A program made the position numbers and the translations under genes. The notes beneath the pieces were generated by a model. It was not told where the DNA came from. It searched no databases and saw nothing but the letters and a program-made list of their open reading frames with translations. DNA of 64,000 nt from Eledone cirrhosa (Eukaryota), in contig OZ024741.1 of assembly GCA_964016885.1 (NCBI GenBank), forward strand, positions 267,344,001 through 267,408,000, written 5' to 3'. Below, in pieces: positions 13,501-24,240 of the stretch. Position 1 is the first letter of the stretch, and each line of letters opens with the position of its first letter.

Positions 13501-14250
13501 GAGCCTTCCTCATTTCTAGTACCAAACCCATAGCCTCCGTGGATTCCGTCATAGCCATCACAATGTTGTCCAACGTGACCATTTAGGTCGCCAGCAATAA
13601 TTATATAGTTACTGTCGGTTATTTGGGAGGTAGTGAGCATCAGTGTCTCATAGAAACTGTCTTTTATAGCGCCAGGCAGTCCGGATTGGGGCGCATACGC
13701 AGATATTACCGTCACAGTAGTTCTATTTAGAACAAGTCCTATTTTAATTATTCTGTCATTCACTCTATTTATGTCTATTATCTTATCCACCCATTTTTCT
13801 GCTAACATGATTCCTACCCCACCCAGCCCATTGTCATTTCCCACCCAGAAAAGTTTATAGCATCGTTTTTTACCCACAATGAATCTAGCAGACCCGCCCC
13901 TCCACCTGGTCTCTTGGATACAGCAAACATCAACCTCCTTACGTTCAAGCATTTCTACAACCTCGTTAGAGCGGCCTTTTAAGGTGCCTACATTCATGGT
14001 ACCAAATCTGAAGTTTTGGATTGCGTTTGGTGGGTGGGGCGCAGGGAGGGTTGAGGTGGATGGGGTTGGAGTTATGTTGGCCATCCGCGGCCGCAACAAA
14101 GAGGAGGGGGCCTTGCCCTTTCGTCCAGCAGCATGAGGTGAATTTGTCGTTATCTTTGGCATTGTCTTCGGGTGTCCAGATTCTTCAGACTCTCCAGAAA
14201 TTCCTTAGTCCATCCATCATATCGAAAAGCAACCAGAAGTGATAGCATAG
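10571..14250 (-). mobile_element. Near full-length RTE-clade LINE inside the GPCR intron
   Basis: Single ORF with EN and RT, ~400-nt 3' UTR ending in (GAT)n next to a (TA)n run. The 5' boundary is approximate. Confidence 0.93.
10977..14162 (-). CDS. RTE ORF: APE endonuclease, reverse transcriptase, PHD-like Cys/His finger (1061 aa, uninterrupted)
   Basis: EN motifs GTMNVGTL, CIQETRW, YAPQ, GDLNGHVG, QVDY; RT motifs QFGF, GVHQGSVLSP, YADD, FRYLG; CSVC..CPKC..HKRC..CGRC finger. RT motif A reads FVNLEKAFD instead of FVDLEKAFD. Confidence 0.92.
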   Translation of the reverse strand: MPKITTNSPHAAGRKGKAPSSLLRPRMANITPTPSTSTLPAPHPPNAIQNFRFGTMNVGTLKGRSNEVVEMLERKEVDVCCIQETRWRGGSARFIVGKKRCYKLFWVGNDNGLGGVGIMLAEKWVDKIIDINRVNDRIIKIGLVLNRTTVTVISAYAPQSGLPGAIKDSFYETLMLTTSQITDSNYIIIAGDLNGHVGQHCDGYDGIHGGYGFGTRNEEGSRILEFCDANNLTICNTNFKKRDNRLITYRSGEHTSQVDYIFTRRRDRVSVVNTKSLPPEECTSQHRLIVSDLIVRTRRTRQQKRTILRRKIWKLKDPTARNKFKSILLDAFDSKEKHLGSYNIEEQWEFLKANLLMVADEVCGWSRPIGRRRVRWWWNSKVEESIKAKKQAWKVWRDGGSKEDYQVARREARRQVYFARREAEERKFKHVLQREDQKREVFRIARQCVKENSDIVGEKCILNDDGVLAITDADKKVAWKCHYERLLNEENKWEKDSLPHTDPIEGPAVLVEGSIISKAIKDMKTGKAAGPSEMVAEMLKVSGSVGHTMVTRIVNQVIQNGVVPKDWRSSIIINCYKGKGDALDRSNYRDIKLIDQVKKVTEKVIAQLIRERIDLDEMQFGFVSGKSTTDALFIVRQLQEKYLAKSKPLYLTFVNLEKAFDRVPRSIIWWALRKLGVDEWVVRAIQAMYKETVSKVRINNEYSEEFSVKVGVHQGSVLSPLLFIIALQAITVEFKTGCPWELLYADDLTLIAESMAELEKKFQTWKHGLESKGLKINLAKTKVLVCRKENRAPVPSGKWPCSVCRKGVGRNSILCPKCKVWVHKRCSGITGKLTKNIDLTCGRCSGAISSSKFPQNTSSFNCTEGSIEIVDSFRYLGDKISSRGGCSESTVVRVRTGWKKFRELIPLLATKGFSLKMKGRLYDACIRIAMLHGSETWALCAEDIRRLERNKACMLRWMCNSNIRERQSINELREKLEIRGIRCCLLERRLRWYGYVMRMKDLSCIKKCRAIKIDGSHGVGRPRKTWDDLINSDLTHLHLSKTMSLDRDLWRYSVIEETRLT

Positions 14251-14579
14251 GCCGTTGACTTGTGATTGGTCCAAATAATGTGGAGAGTGGGGGCGGGAGG
14301 GGGGGAGTACGGGGTAGTTTGTGTGGAGCAGGCTTATTTATATTTGGTGCGTAGGGAGTGAGAGGGAGTGAGAGAGCGATGTATATGATAGAGTGAGGGT
14401 GAAAGCGATTTTAGAGGGCCGAGAGAGAGAGAGGCCATTTCTATGAATCCTGGAAAAAATTTTCGGCCAAAATGGTAGCGGGAAGATTATTTAGAACAAC
14501 GTGGAGAAGATTATTTAGATCAGTGAGACAGAATTATAGAAAGACAATTATGAATAAGATTTTGATATATATATATAGA

Positions 14580-14826
14580 GAGAAGAAGTTTATGAAATGG
14601 AAATGCGGGTATAAAGAATTTATTAGGTAACAATTGTTTCTATAGTGTATGGGTTACCTATACCTCGCTATTTGAATAATATAAAAATATTATCATAAAC
14701 CGACGGTTTATGATAATATTTTTATATTATTCAAATAGCGAGGTATAGGTAACCCATACACTATAGAAACAATTGTTACCTAATAAATTCTTTATACCCG
14801 CATTTCCATTTCATAAACTTCTTCTC
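14580..14826. repeat. Perfect 247-bp palindrome (123-bp arms, 1-nt centre at 14703) with an extension to ~14942, flanked by (TA)n
   Basis: 14580-14702 is the exact reverse complement of 14704-14826. Confidence 0.95.
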
Positions 14827-14940
14827 CATATTTTCTCCGGATTTTAAAACACACTTTATTATACGTTGAGCAATCTCTGACGTCGGTTGACTCCATCCAA
14901 TGCAACTACTTAGTAACATTGGAATACAAATTTACTAATT

Positions 14941-14974
<34 letters not shown>

Positions 14975-14976
<2 letters not shown>

Positions 14977-15115
14977 AAAAGTAAACAGAAACAACAAAGC
15001 AAACAATACAGTACACTGAAGAAATATATTAGTTTAACACTTGATATAGTAGGAAAAGAGTCTTAATATTTCAGACACTAATCCTTCATCAAAAGATAGA
15101 ATGAGAAATAACAGA
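14975..15115 (-). mobile_element. Short repeat with a decayed minimal hammerhead (15061-15096)
   Basis: Minus strand reads TCTT-TTGATGA-AGGATTAGTGTCT-GAAATATT-AAGA followed by TTAAACTAATATA. Confidence 0.5.
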
Positions 15116-15358
15116 ATATGTGTGTGTGTGCGTGTGTGTCAGTGTTAAAGTTTGTGAGCATATGGTCCTCCACCCTGCTACCAGGGAAAGCAGGATCTCT
15201 GTGCTTATGTTTCATAAAAGAGATTGATAAAATAAGTACCCGATTTGAAGAATATGTACTGGGGTGGATATGATTGACAAAATGAAGGTGGTACCCCAGC
15301 ATAGCTGCTACAATATAATGATTGAAACCAGTATGAGAATAAAGGAATAAACACTCAC

Positions 15359-15930
15359 CGCATGATATGTAAATAACGGGATGCAAGGATGTATGTATGT
15401 GAGTAGCCCACAATATTTTCAGTGTTTACAATAATAGGTCCTATCTGCATGACAAGAAGCATCATGTCAGAAATGGCGAGGGCCATCAAGAAGTAGTTGG
15501 TGGAGCCCTTCATCTTCTTGTTGGTAAGTACGATCAAGTTGATGATGTTCCCAAGTATTCCAAGGGCACAGAGTACTGGCGTTACTTTAAGGGAGATCAC
15601 CTTTCTCAGATTGGTAGCTGATATCCTGTCTGCACTGCGTTGCTTCTGTGTCTTGTTCGGTGGGGCCTGGGGAGAGTCTTGTTCATCATCATAATCAACA
15701 GCATTATTACCATCATCATCATCTACATCTTTTCCTCCTCCATTATCCTCCGAGCTTGATGTGTTTCTTTCTTGGGTTGCTATGTCTGTTTCCCCAGTGG
15801 ATAGGACTGGTTTCAGTTCTTTGGTGTCCATGTCTTTTGTTGGAAGGTTAAAAACTCCAGGTATGCAGTTTATGAACAAAACTGCACACATGCAAACAAA
15901 GTACAATTGGTATGTCCTTGTTTTCATCAT
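15359..15930 (-). CDS. Class A GPCR, coding exon 1 (putative signal peptide, acidic N-terminus, TM1-TM2)
   Basis: ATG at 15930, hydrophobic leader, acidic ectodomain, TM1 LGILGNIINLIVL, TM2 STNYFLMALAISD. Donor CG|gtgagt at 15359/15358. The spliced CDS is 1347 nt (448 aa) with no stops. Confidence 0.92.
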
Positions 15931-16190
15931 GGAGAGGGGTTATATGTGTTACTCTATGTTTTAGTAATTAACTGCTGTTTATTATTATTATAATCACTGT
16001 TTCTTATTGTTTCCAATGTATTTCACTTTTATACTGTTTCTAATGTCCTGGGCCCTTAGTGCCAATATATATATATATATATAGTAAAGCTTTTGTATAT
16101 TTATGTAAAATATCAGTCACGCTGGAAAAAGGGTGGTAAGAGTGTGGGTGCCAAAAATTTATTTTTAATCCTGGATGATTATATTATTCC

Positions 16191-16245
<55 letters not shown>

Positions 16246-16278
16246 CGGTGTGTATATATATGTGTGTGTGTATATATA

Positions 16279-16327
<49 letters not shown>

Positions 16328-16645
16328 GTATATATATATAATTAATAAAACATTTAAAATGTCATATTGACCTTTAGTACTTGGTGGTTGTTTCTAATTA
16401 AGCTGTGAAATTTCCAAGGAGTCAGCTAATTATTATTTTTGTTGTTTATTATTGTCTTTAATTGTGAGTCAAATAATTGATTAGGCTCTCTACTGTTTAG
16501 TGTAGTTGGTGTTGGTATTAGCATCAGTGTCCTGCTGTTTTCTATAGTAACTACTTTATAACTTAATTATCTCTGGAAGTAGAAAGGAAATCAGATAAAA
16601 AATAAAACTATTGTCTTCCTTTTTAGCAGTTTAGCTGTCTGGATG

Positions 16646-16732
16646 AACTGAAGATACACATCTAAGTTTTTTATATATATGAACTGGTATTTGCCTCCCC
16701 TCTTTCTGATTGGTTAATTTTGAACCAATCAG
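16646..16732 (-). promoter_or_regulatory. Putative core promoter of the GPCR gene (paired CCAAT boxes, TATA, Inr)
   Basis: On the minus strand: inverted CCAAT pair CTGATTGGTT..AACCAATCAG (16706-16732), TATATAAAA starting ~16678, and TCAGTT initiator with +1 A at 16649, 29 nt after TATA and ~720 nt before the ATG. Confidence 0.6.
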
Positions 16733-17319
16733 GATGCAGCTCCAGTTTGGTAACCTTTATCCTTATAGAAATCCCACATTAACTGGAAAATCCATCTTGT
16801 AGTATAGTGTAAGTAGTTGAGTATTCCATAAACACACCTACCTTTAGTGAAACACTTTAGAAGAAAATATATGATTGAGTGGGATAGCTTTTAAATTACA
16901 AATTTTATTTTGTGGTATTGGCTGAGTATCACAGACTTTTGTGGTATACCACAGAGAAATTGATGGCTCTATAATCTAACAAATTAAAGATATGTGTTGA
17001 TGACCTGGTGAAAATTTGCCTTCTTTCTTATCTCTATTTTACACATTATTTTATTGTTTTTTCACATTGAGTATATGGACATGTTTATATGTCCCATATT
17101 CAGACTGATAAACGGTATTTGTATGGATATATATCAGCATCATCACCATCACATCGACTTTCCATTCTGGCCATATATATATATATATATAAATATTCAC
17201 TCTTTTTACTTATTGCAGCCAAATGACTAAGGTCATGCTGGTGCACTGCCATTGTTGCTACACTTTCTATAGCCTCCCCACTTTCTTGGTTGATGCAGGA
17301 AAGAGTTTGACATATATCA

Positions 17320-17817
17320 CCATCATCATCATCATCATCATCGTTTAACGTCCATGTTCCACGCTTGCATGGGTTTGGACGGGAGTTTTCCCACTTGAGG
17401 CAAGAGTGGTTGTCTTGCTCGCATAGGACTGTCTGGCGGGTTTTCTACAGCTGGATGCCCTTCCTAACACCAACCACATTTACAGTGTGGGACTGGGAGG
17501 TTTTTACCGTGTTGCCTACACGGCCACATTACAGCGTGGACTGTCTGGCGGGTTTTCTACAGCTGGATGCCCTTCCTAACACCAACCACATTTACAGTGT
17601 GGGACTGGGAGGTTTTTACCGTGTTGCCTACACGGTCACATTACAGCGTGGACTGTGTGTTTTTTTGTCGTGACACCTACACGATCTCATTTGTTTCGGC
17701 CTGGATGTTGTGGCACCAACATAACTTTACATTGAAAGGGGCGGTGTGGATGGGGTGGGGGTGGTGGGACGGGGGTGTATTTTGTTAGAGATGCCTACTG
17801 ACTGTAGTAGGTTTTAC
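17320..17817 (-). mobile_element. 5'-truncated RTE copy (3' UTR only) with an internal ~110-bp tandem duplication
   Basis: Nearly identical to 10571-10970; the block GGACTGTCTGGCGGG...CACATTACAGCG occurs twice. Confidence 0.9.
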
Positions 17818-17849
<32 letters not shown>

Positions 17850-18057
17850 AGTGTGTACATCATCTGATGAACTGTACATGGAATTGTAAAGGCCAGCCTT
17901 GTCACAGTCTGTGTCGCATTCAATCTCCCTGAGAATTACAATAACTCTTTTGACTTTTGATATCAGACCACCTCAAACCACCCCTGGTTTTATGATACAA
18001 AGCTGTTTACTTTAATGTATTTATGTTTATCTAAAAATCTTTCACCATAATTTTATA

Positions 18058-18244
18058 CAGGTAAAATTCTGTTATAATGAATACCATTATAACGAATTTT
18101 TCGGTATAACAACATTTTTTTTAATCCCTGAGGTAATAACAAACAAATGCTCAAATTGTTTTGGTCAATCTCGTTATAAAGAATTTTTTGATACAACAAA
18201 TCTTTTTTATACCGCATGAAATTTGTTATAATGGAATTTCACTG
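18058..18244. mobile_element. Tc1/pogo-type MITE
   Basis: Imperfect TIRs CAGGTAAAATTCTGTTATAA / TTATAATGGAATTTCACTG flanked by TA; internal TTATAAC repeats. Confidence 0.6.
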
Positions 18245-18744
18245 TATAAGAACGTCTGTTACTCTTGGGTCTCGAATAATGCCCTCCACCCCACTAAATT
18301 TTTAAAATTTATTTCTGGCAAAATTTTATTTTAAGTGGTAGCACTCCTGCGGCAATGAATTTCCTTTAGACATTAAAACCTTTATACATGACAAAAAAAG
18401 GTACATTACTAGAAATCGCACATGTTATAAAATAAATAGGATGGGTTGGAGTTTCAGAATTATTAAACAAAATAGTTTGCCATATGTAACTCAACACGCA
18501 AAGTCCATAAAGATGTTGAACTTGACATCGATGAAGGAAATTTGCTTGCTTCAGATACCAATCCTCTTGATTTAAAAAAAAGATTAAGGTTAGTTTATAA
18601 TAAATGTTTATCTCAAACATTTGCCACGTTGCTTCATCAGCTCTAACATATTCTTAAATCCACTAGACTCTATCCAAATCTATTCTGTCCGAATGTTCTC
18701 TTAACGTAACATCTACTCCAAGCTCTATTTAAGATTTGTTTACA

Positions 18745-19245
18745 CGAACCCACATCTTTGGTTTGCCAGACCAATGTGTTACCACTACATCAACACGCCA
18801 CCCATGTTACCTTCCATTCATTTAGAAGCTATATAACCATAGCAGGTATATATATGTATATAAATATGGAGACACAAAGCAGCTTTGTTTAGGAATCGCT
18901 AGCGAATTTGAAAATTAGGTAGTAACATGTGCTTATGCCGTATTTGACTATATAGAATTAGTCTGTTAGTTGGAATTTTTAAAAAAACCCTCTGAATGGA
19001 AAAAAGCCGCTTCTAAACAAAGCTTGCTGTGTGTCTCCATAGTTATATACATATATATATCTTCTATAGTTATATAGCTTGTAATTGAATGGAAGGAAGA
19101 ATGGGTGGTGTGTTGGTGTAATGTTAACACATTGGTCCGACAAACCAAAGATGTGGGTTTGTGTCCCATGTACGTCAATACCCATCCTTTTTTCTAATCA
19201 GGGTTTTTTTTTTAAATCCCAACTAACTGACTAATTCTATCTTCA
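18745..19245. repeat. Interlocked inverted repeats containing a tRNA-like (SINE head) segment
   Basis: 18745-18900 is an inverted copy of ~19005-19160, and 18952-19005 of ~19187-19240. 19103-19178 has A-box-like TGGTGTAATG and a decayed B box. Confidence 0.65.
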
Positions 19246-19268
19246 GACTTCTGTTAGCGCAATCCCTA

Positions 19269-19326
<58 letters not shown>

Positions 19327-19328
<2 letters not shown>

Positions 19329-22300
19329 TCATCATCATCATCATCACCATCGTTTAACGTTCATCTTCCACGCTAGCATGGGTTAGAAGAGGGTTGTCCC
19401 ACTTGAGGTAAGGTTGGTCGGGTGACCGTGTCTCGCTCATATAGGACTATCTGGCAGGTTTTCTACGGCTGGATGCCCTTCCTAACACCAACCACATTTA
19501 CAGTGTGGAACTGGGAACTTTTTACCGTGTTACCTACACGGCCACATTACAGCGTGGACTGTGTGTGTTTTTTGTCATGACACCTACACAATCTTGATCT
19601 CATTATCTCGTGCTGTTAGTGGGAGGATAGGGTAGGGGTAGTGGATTGGGGTGTATATTTGGTTTAGAGGTGCCTACTGACTGTAGGTTTCGCTTTGTAC
19701 ATAGGCAAGGCGGGTCTTCTGTATTACTGCGTAGCGCCAAAGATCTCGGCCCAGAGACATTGTCTTAGAGAGGTGTAAATGTGTAAGGTCGGAATTTATC
19801 AGATCGTCCCAGGTTTTTCTGGGTCTACCTACTCCGTAACTTCCATCAATTTTGATCGCCCTGCACTTTTTTATGCAGCTGTCATCTTTCATGCGCATCA
19901 CGTGACCATACCAACGTAGTCTTCTCTCAAGTAAACAGCATCTGATCCCTCTTATTCCTAATTTCTCACTTAGTTCATTTATGCTTTGCCGTTCACATAT
20001 ATTACTATTACACATCCAACGGAGCATGCATGCTTCGTTCCTTTCCAGTCTACGCAGGTCCTCTGCACGTAATGCCCATGTCTCACTGCCATGTAGCATT
20101 GCTGTTCGTATACAGGCATCATCCAATCAGCCTTTCATTTTTAGAGAGAAACCTTTTGTGGCCAACAGCGGTATAAGCTCTCTGAACTTTTTCCATCCCG
20201 TTCTGACTCTGGCTACTGTACTTTCAGAACACCCTCCACCACTGCTGATTTCGTCACCGAGGTAACGGAAAGTGTCTACTATTTCTATAGAACCATCTGG
20301 GCAATAGAAGGAGCTAGTATCCTGTGGACACTTGCTACTTATTGCACCTGAGCATTGGCCACATATAAAGTCTACGTTCTTAGATAGTTTACCTGTGATC
20401 CCACTACATCTTTTATGTACCCATACTTTGCATTGGGGACATAAAATTGAATTTCTGCCTACTCCTTTCCTACATACTGAGCAAGCCATTTCCCAGATGG
20501 GACCAGTGCCCTATTTTCCTTTCTACAAACTAGAACTTTAGTCTTAGACAAGTTAACTTTAAGGCCTTTTGATTCTAGGCCATGCTTCCATGTTTCGAAT
20601 TTCTTCTCTAGTTCAGCCATTGATTCAGCTATGAGCGTTAGATCATCTGCGTATAGGAGTTCCAATGGGCAGCCGGTCTTGAACTCCTCTGTTATAGCCT
20701 GAAGGGCAATAATAAATAGGAGGGGGCTAAGGACAGAGCCTTGATGAACGCCAACTTTTACACTAAATTCTTCACAATATTCATTGTTAATTCTAACCTT
20801 ACTGACTGTTTCATTATACATAGCTTGTATAGCTCTCACAAGCCATTCATCTACACCTAGTTTTCTAAGAGTCCACCAGATAATGGAGCGGGGGACTCTG
20901 TCAAATGCTTTCTCCAGGTCTACAAAAGCTAAGTAGAGGAGTTTACTTTTAGCTAGGTACTTCTCTTGTAGTTGTCATACAAGGAAAAGAGCATCTGTGG
21001 TACTTTTACCTGACACAAACCCAAACTGCATTTCATCTAGATCAATTCGCTCTCTGATTAGTTGCGCTATAACTCTTTCTGTGACCTTCATGACCTGGTC
21101 AACTAACTTAATGCCTCTATAGTTTCCCCTATCCAGAGCATCCCCTTTACTCTTGTAACAGTTAAGTCTTTCAGTATGACCCCATTCTGCATTACTTGGT
21201 TAACTATATGGGTGACCATAGTGTGTCCCACCATACCAGATGCCTTCAACATCTCAGCAACTATCTCCAAAGGCCCAGCTGCCTTGCCTGTCTTCATATC
21301 TTTGGTTGCCTTACTTATTATACTACCTTTAACTTGCACCGCTGGTCCTTCTATTGGATCGATTTGGGGCAGACTATCTTTTTCCCATTTATTCTCCTTA
21401 TTTAATAGTCTCTCGTAGTGACACTTCCAAGCTATCTTCTTATCAGTATCAGTGAGGGCAAGTACACCGTTATCATTACGGACACACTTCTCCCCGACAA
21501 TATCACGGTTTTCCTTGACACATTGTCTAGCAATCCTGAACACCTTACGTTTTTGGTCCTTATGTTGTAGAATATGCTTGAACTTTCTATCCTCTGTTTC
21601 CCTTTTTGCAAAGTACACTTGTCTCTTAGCTTCTCTCCTGGCCACTTGATAGTGCTCTCTACTTCCCCCATCCTGCCATACTTTCCAAGCCTGCTTTTTG
21701 GCCTTGATTGTCTCTTCCACCTTACTGTTCCACCACCAAGTTACTCTCCTCCTGCCAATAGGTCTGCTCCAGCCACAGATTTCATCCGTTGCTTTCAGCA
21801 GGTTCACTTTCAAGAATTCCCACTGTCTCTAATTGCTCTTCCTTATTGTCAAAGGCATCAAGTAATAAGCTTTTAAATTCGTCACTGGCTATGGGGTCCT
21901 TCAACTTCCATATTCTTCTCCTCAAGGTAGGCCTCCTCTGTCGTCGAGTACGTCTATTCCTGACTATGAGTTCACTAACTACTAGGCTATGTTGGGAGGT
22001 GCATTCTTTACAGGGGAGGGATTTAGTGTTTACAACAGACACTTTGTCCCGTCTTCTAGTAAGGATATAATCTATCTGGCTGGCGTGTTCCCCTGATCTA
22101 TAGATGATCAAGTGGTTTTCACGTTTTTTTAAGTTTGTGTTACAGATAGTTGGGTTATTTGCGTCACAGAATTCCGGGATTCTGAAGCCCTCCTCATTTC
22201 TATTTTCAACCCCATAGCCTCCATGGATTCCATCATAGCCATCACTATGTTGTCCAACGTGACCGTTTAGATCGGCAGCAATAATTAAGTAGTCGCTGTC

Positions 22301-22614
22301 GGTTATTTGGGAGGTAGTGTGCATTAGCATCTCATAGAACCTGTCCTTTATAACATCAGGTAGACCAGATTGGGGTGCATAAGCGGATATTATTGTCACA
22401 GTAGTTCTATTTAGAACTAGTCTTAATTTAATTATTCTGTCATTCACTCGATTTACGTCAATTACCTTATCTACCCATTTTTCAGCTAACATAATTCCTA
22501 CACCACCCTGTCCGTTGTCATTTCCCACCCTGAAAAGTTTATAGCATTGTTTTTTACCCACGATGAATCTGGCAGACCCCCTCTCCACCTAGTCTCTTGA
22601 ATACAACAAACATC
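19327..22614 (-). mobile_element. Second RTE LINE, 5'-truncated and frameshifted
   Basis: ORF fragments 21782-22588, 21103-21813, 20459-20839, 20127-20489 and 19674-20126 are colinear with the 10977-14162 protein; (GAT)n tail next to (TA)n. Confidence 0.93.
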
Positions 22615-22619
22615 AAAAT

Positions 22620-23253
22620 GGGTAACTTTAGGAGAAGGTTAGTTTTTAGGAAGGGTCCAACAGAATGAGACATATTATTAAAAACATGTAAAATAATAAT
22701 TGAAAATCCGAGAGGAAAACGGAGAATTTGAATTTTAGACTGGCATAAATAGAAGTTTAAAGCACTGCTTAATTGAGGAGACTACGGATAAAAGAAAAGA
22801 CAAGTATTGCTTACATTCTCAAAATTGACAGATCACCCGTAAGATAGATTAGATAGATAAATTCTGTCCTTGAGAACCAGCAAGATTTATTTGATGCTTG
22901 CGATCAGGCAGGGTGGGGGGTATGAGAGAAGGAGCAAAGTGTTTACAAAGTTTGCGAGCGAGATGCAGGAAGGTTCTAGAATAATTAATTAATAATAATA
23001 CTAGAAGGTTAGTTTTTAGGAAGGGTCCAACAGAAAGAGACATATTATTAAAAACATGTAAAATAATAATTAAAAATCTGAGAGGAAAACAGAGAATTTG
23101 ACTTCTAGACTGGCATAAATAGGAGTTTAAAACACTGCTTATTGAGACGACTTTATGAGTAACTTTAGGAGAAGGTTAGTTTTTAGGAAGGGTCCAACAG
23201 AAAGAGACATATTATTAAAAACATGTAAAATAATAATTGAAAATCCGAGAGGA
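22620..23253. repeat. Three partial tandem copies of a ~160-bp unit (AGAAGGTTAGTTTTTAGGAAGGGTCCAACAG...)
   Basis: Unit starts at ~22632, ~23003 and ~23170. Confidence 0.8.
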
Positions 23254-23325
23254 TATATATATATAATATAGAAATGGCACCTACACGACTAAAACTGTTT
23301 CATTCAAAAGAAATCATCAGGAAAG

Positions 23326-23377
23326 GGCTTTCCTGATGATTTCTTTTGAATGAAACAGTTATAGTCCTGTAGAAGCC
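23326..23377 (+). ncRNA. Type I hammerhead ribozyme motif inside the palindrome 23264-23389
   Basis: GGCTTTC-CTGATGA-TTTCTTTTGAAT-GAAA-CAG(TTATAGTC)CTG-TA-GAAGCC: intact core, GUA cleavage triplet, weak stem II, bulged stem I. A mirror copy lies on the minus strand. Confidence 0.65.
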
Positions 23378-23877
23378 ATTTCTATATTAAACATTATGGA
23401 TACCAGAGGTTAATTTGCAGGGCGCTAAGGAGTGCCGTCAGGCAGAACCCACACCTACTTTGGGATTAATTGTGTCCTGCATAATCAAAAACTGGATGAT
23501 GATGATATACACACACTCTTGATTGACTGGAAACTGTTTTAACATGTCACTAAATCCACTTGAACTTATGACACATAGCTTGGTCTATAGGGAAGATAAG
23601 TGCTTATTGAAGGGTAGGACGGGCATTCTAGAAACCAAGTGAAAATCCATGTAAATATATTGCAATTGATAATAGTTATATGCTTTGTGTCACGTCATGA
23701 GTCTTATGTCTATGACGTGTTTTTCTAGAGAAGCCAACATAAAAAATCGGTGGAATCTCGGACAAAACATTCTATAGTTTTGCTTTACTTTTCACCATTC
23801 TGAGCTTGATAGAATAAATATCGGTTGAACATGAAGTACTGGAGTCTAAATAATTAGTGTTTGTTTTCACACAACAC

Positions 23878-24240
23878 AATTAGTTAAACTAATTAGGTTT
23901 CTTGTATAGGGAGTAATTGGAGTTTGTTGATGTATGCATTAAAAAATATATATACATATTTTCTACTACATAACTTAACAAAAGTTCATATATAAAATAA
24001 TCAAACATTAAACAAAAAATTTCTAACAAAGACTGAACATAATAGAATCAAACTCCCACTGTCACCTTCTCGTCTCTCTTGCTCACCTCATCTCTCACCA
24101 TTATAAGCAAATGGGGGCATATATATGAACTTTTGTTTTGTTATGTAGTAGAAAATATATATATATATATTTTTAAATGCATACATCAACAAACTCCAAT
24201 TACTCCCTATAAAAGAAACTTAATTAATTTAACTAATTGC
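23878..24240. repeat. Inverted repeat, ~115-bp arms with a ~125-bp spacer (MITE-like)
   Basis: AATTAGTTAAACTAATTAGG...AAAAGTTCATATAT is mirrored at ~24120-24240. Confidence 0.75.

Noticed and set aside
11257-14242. Plus-strand ORFs opposite the RTE (and ORFs antisense to the Tx1 elements)
   Set aside because: Antisense shadows of coding sequence.
19103-19178. tRNA-like sequence (also SINE heads at ~44770-44840 and 59511-59610)
   Set aside because: Decayed B box or acceptor stem and embedded in repeats; SINE-derived, not functional tRNA genes.
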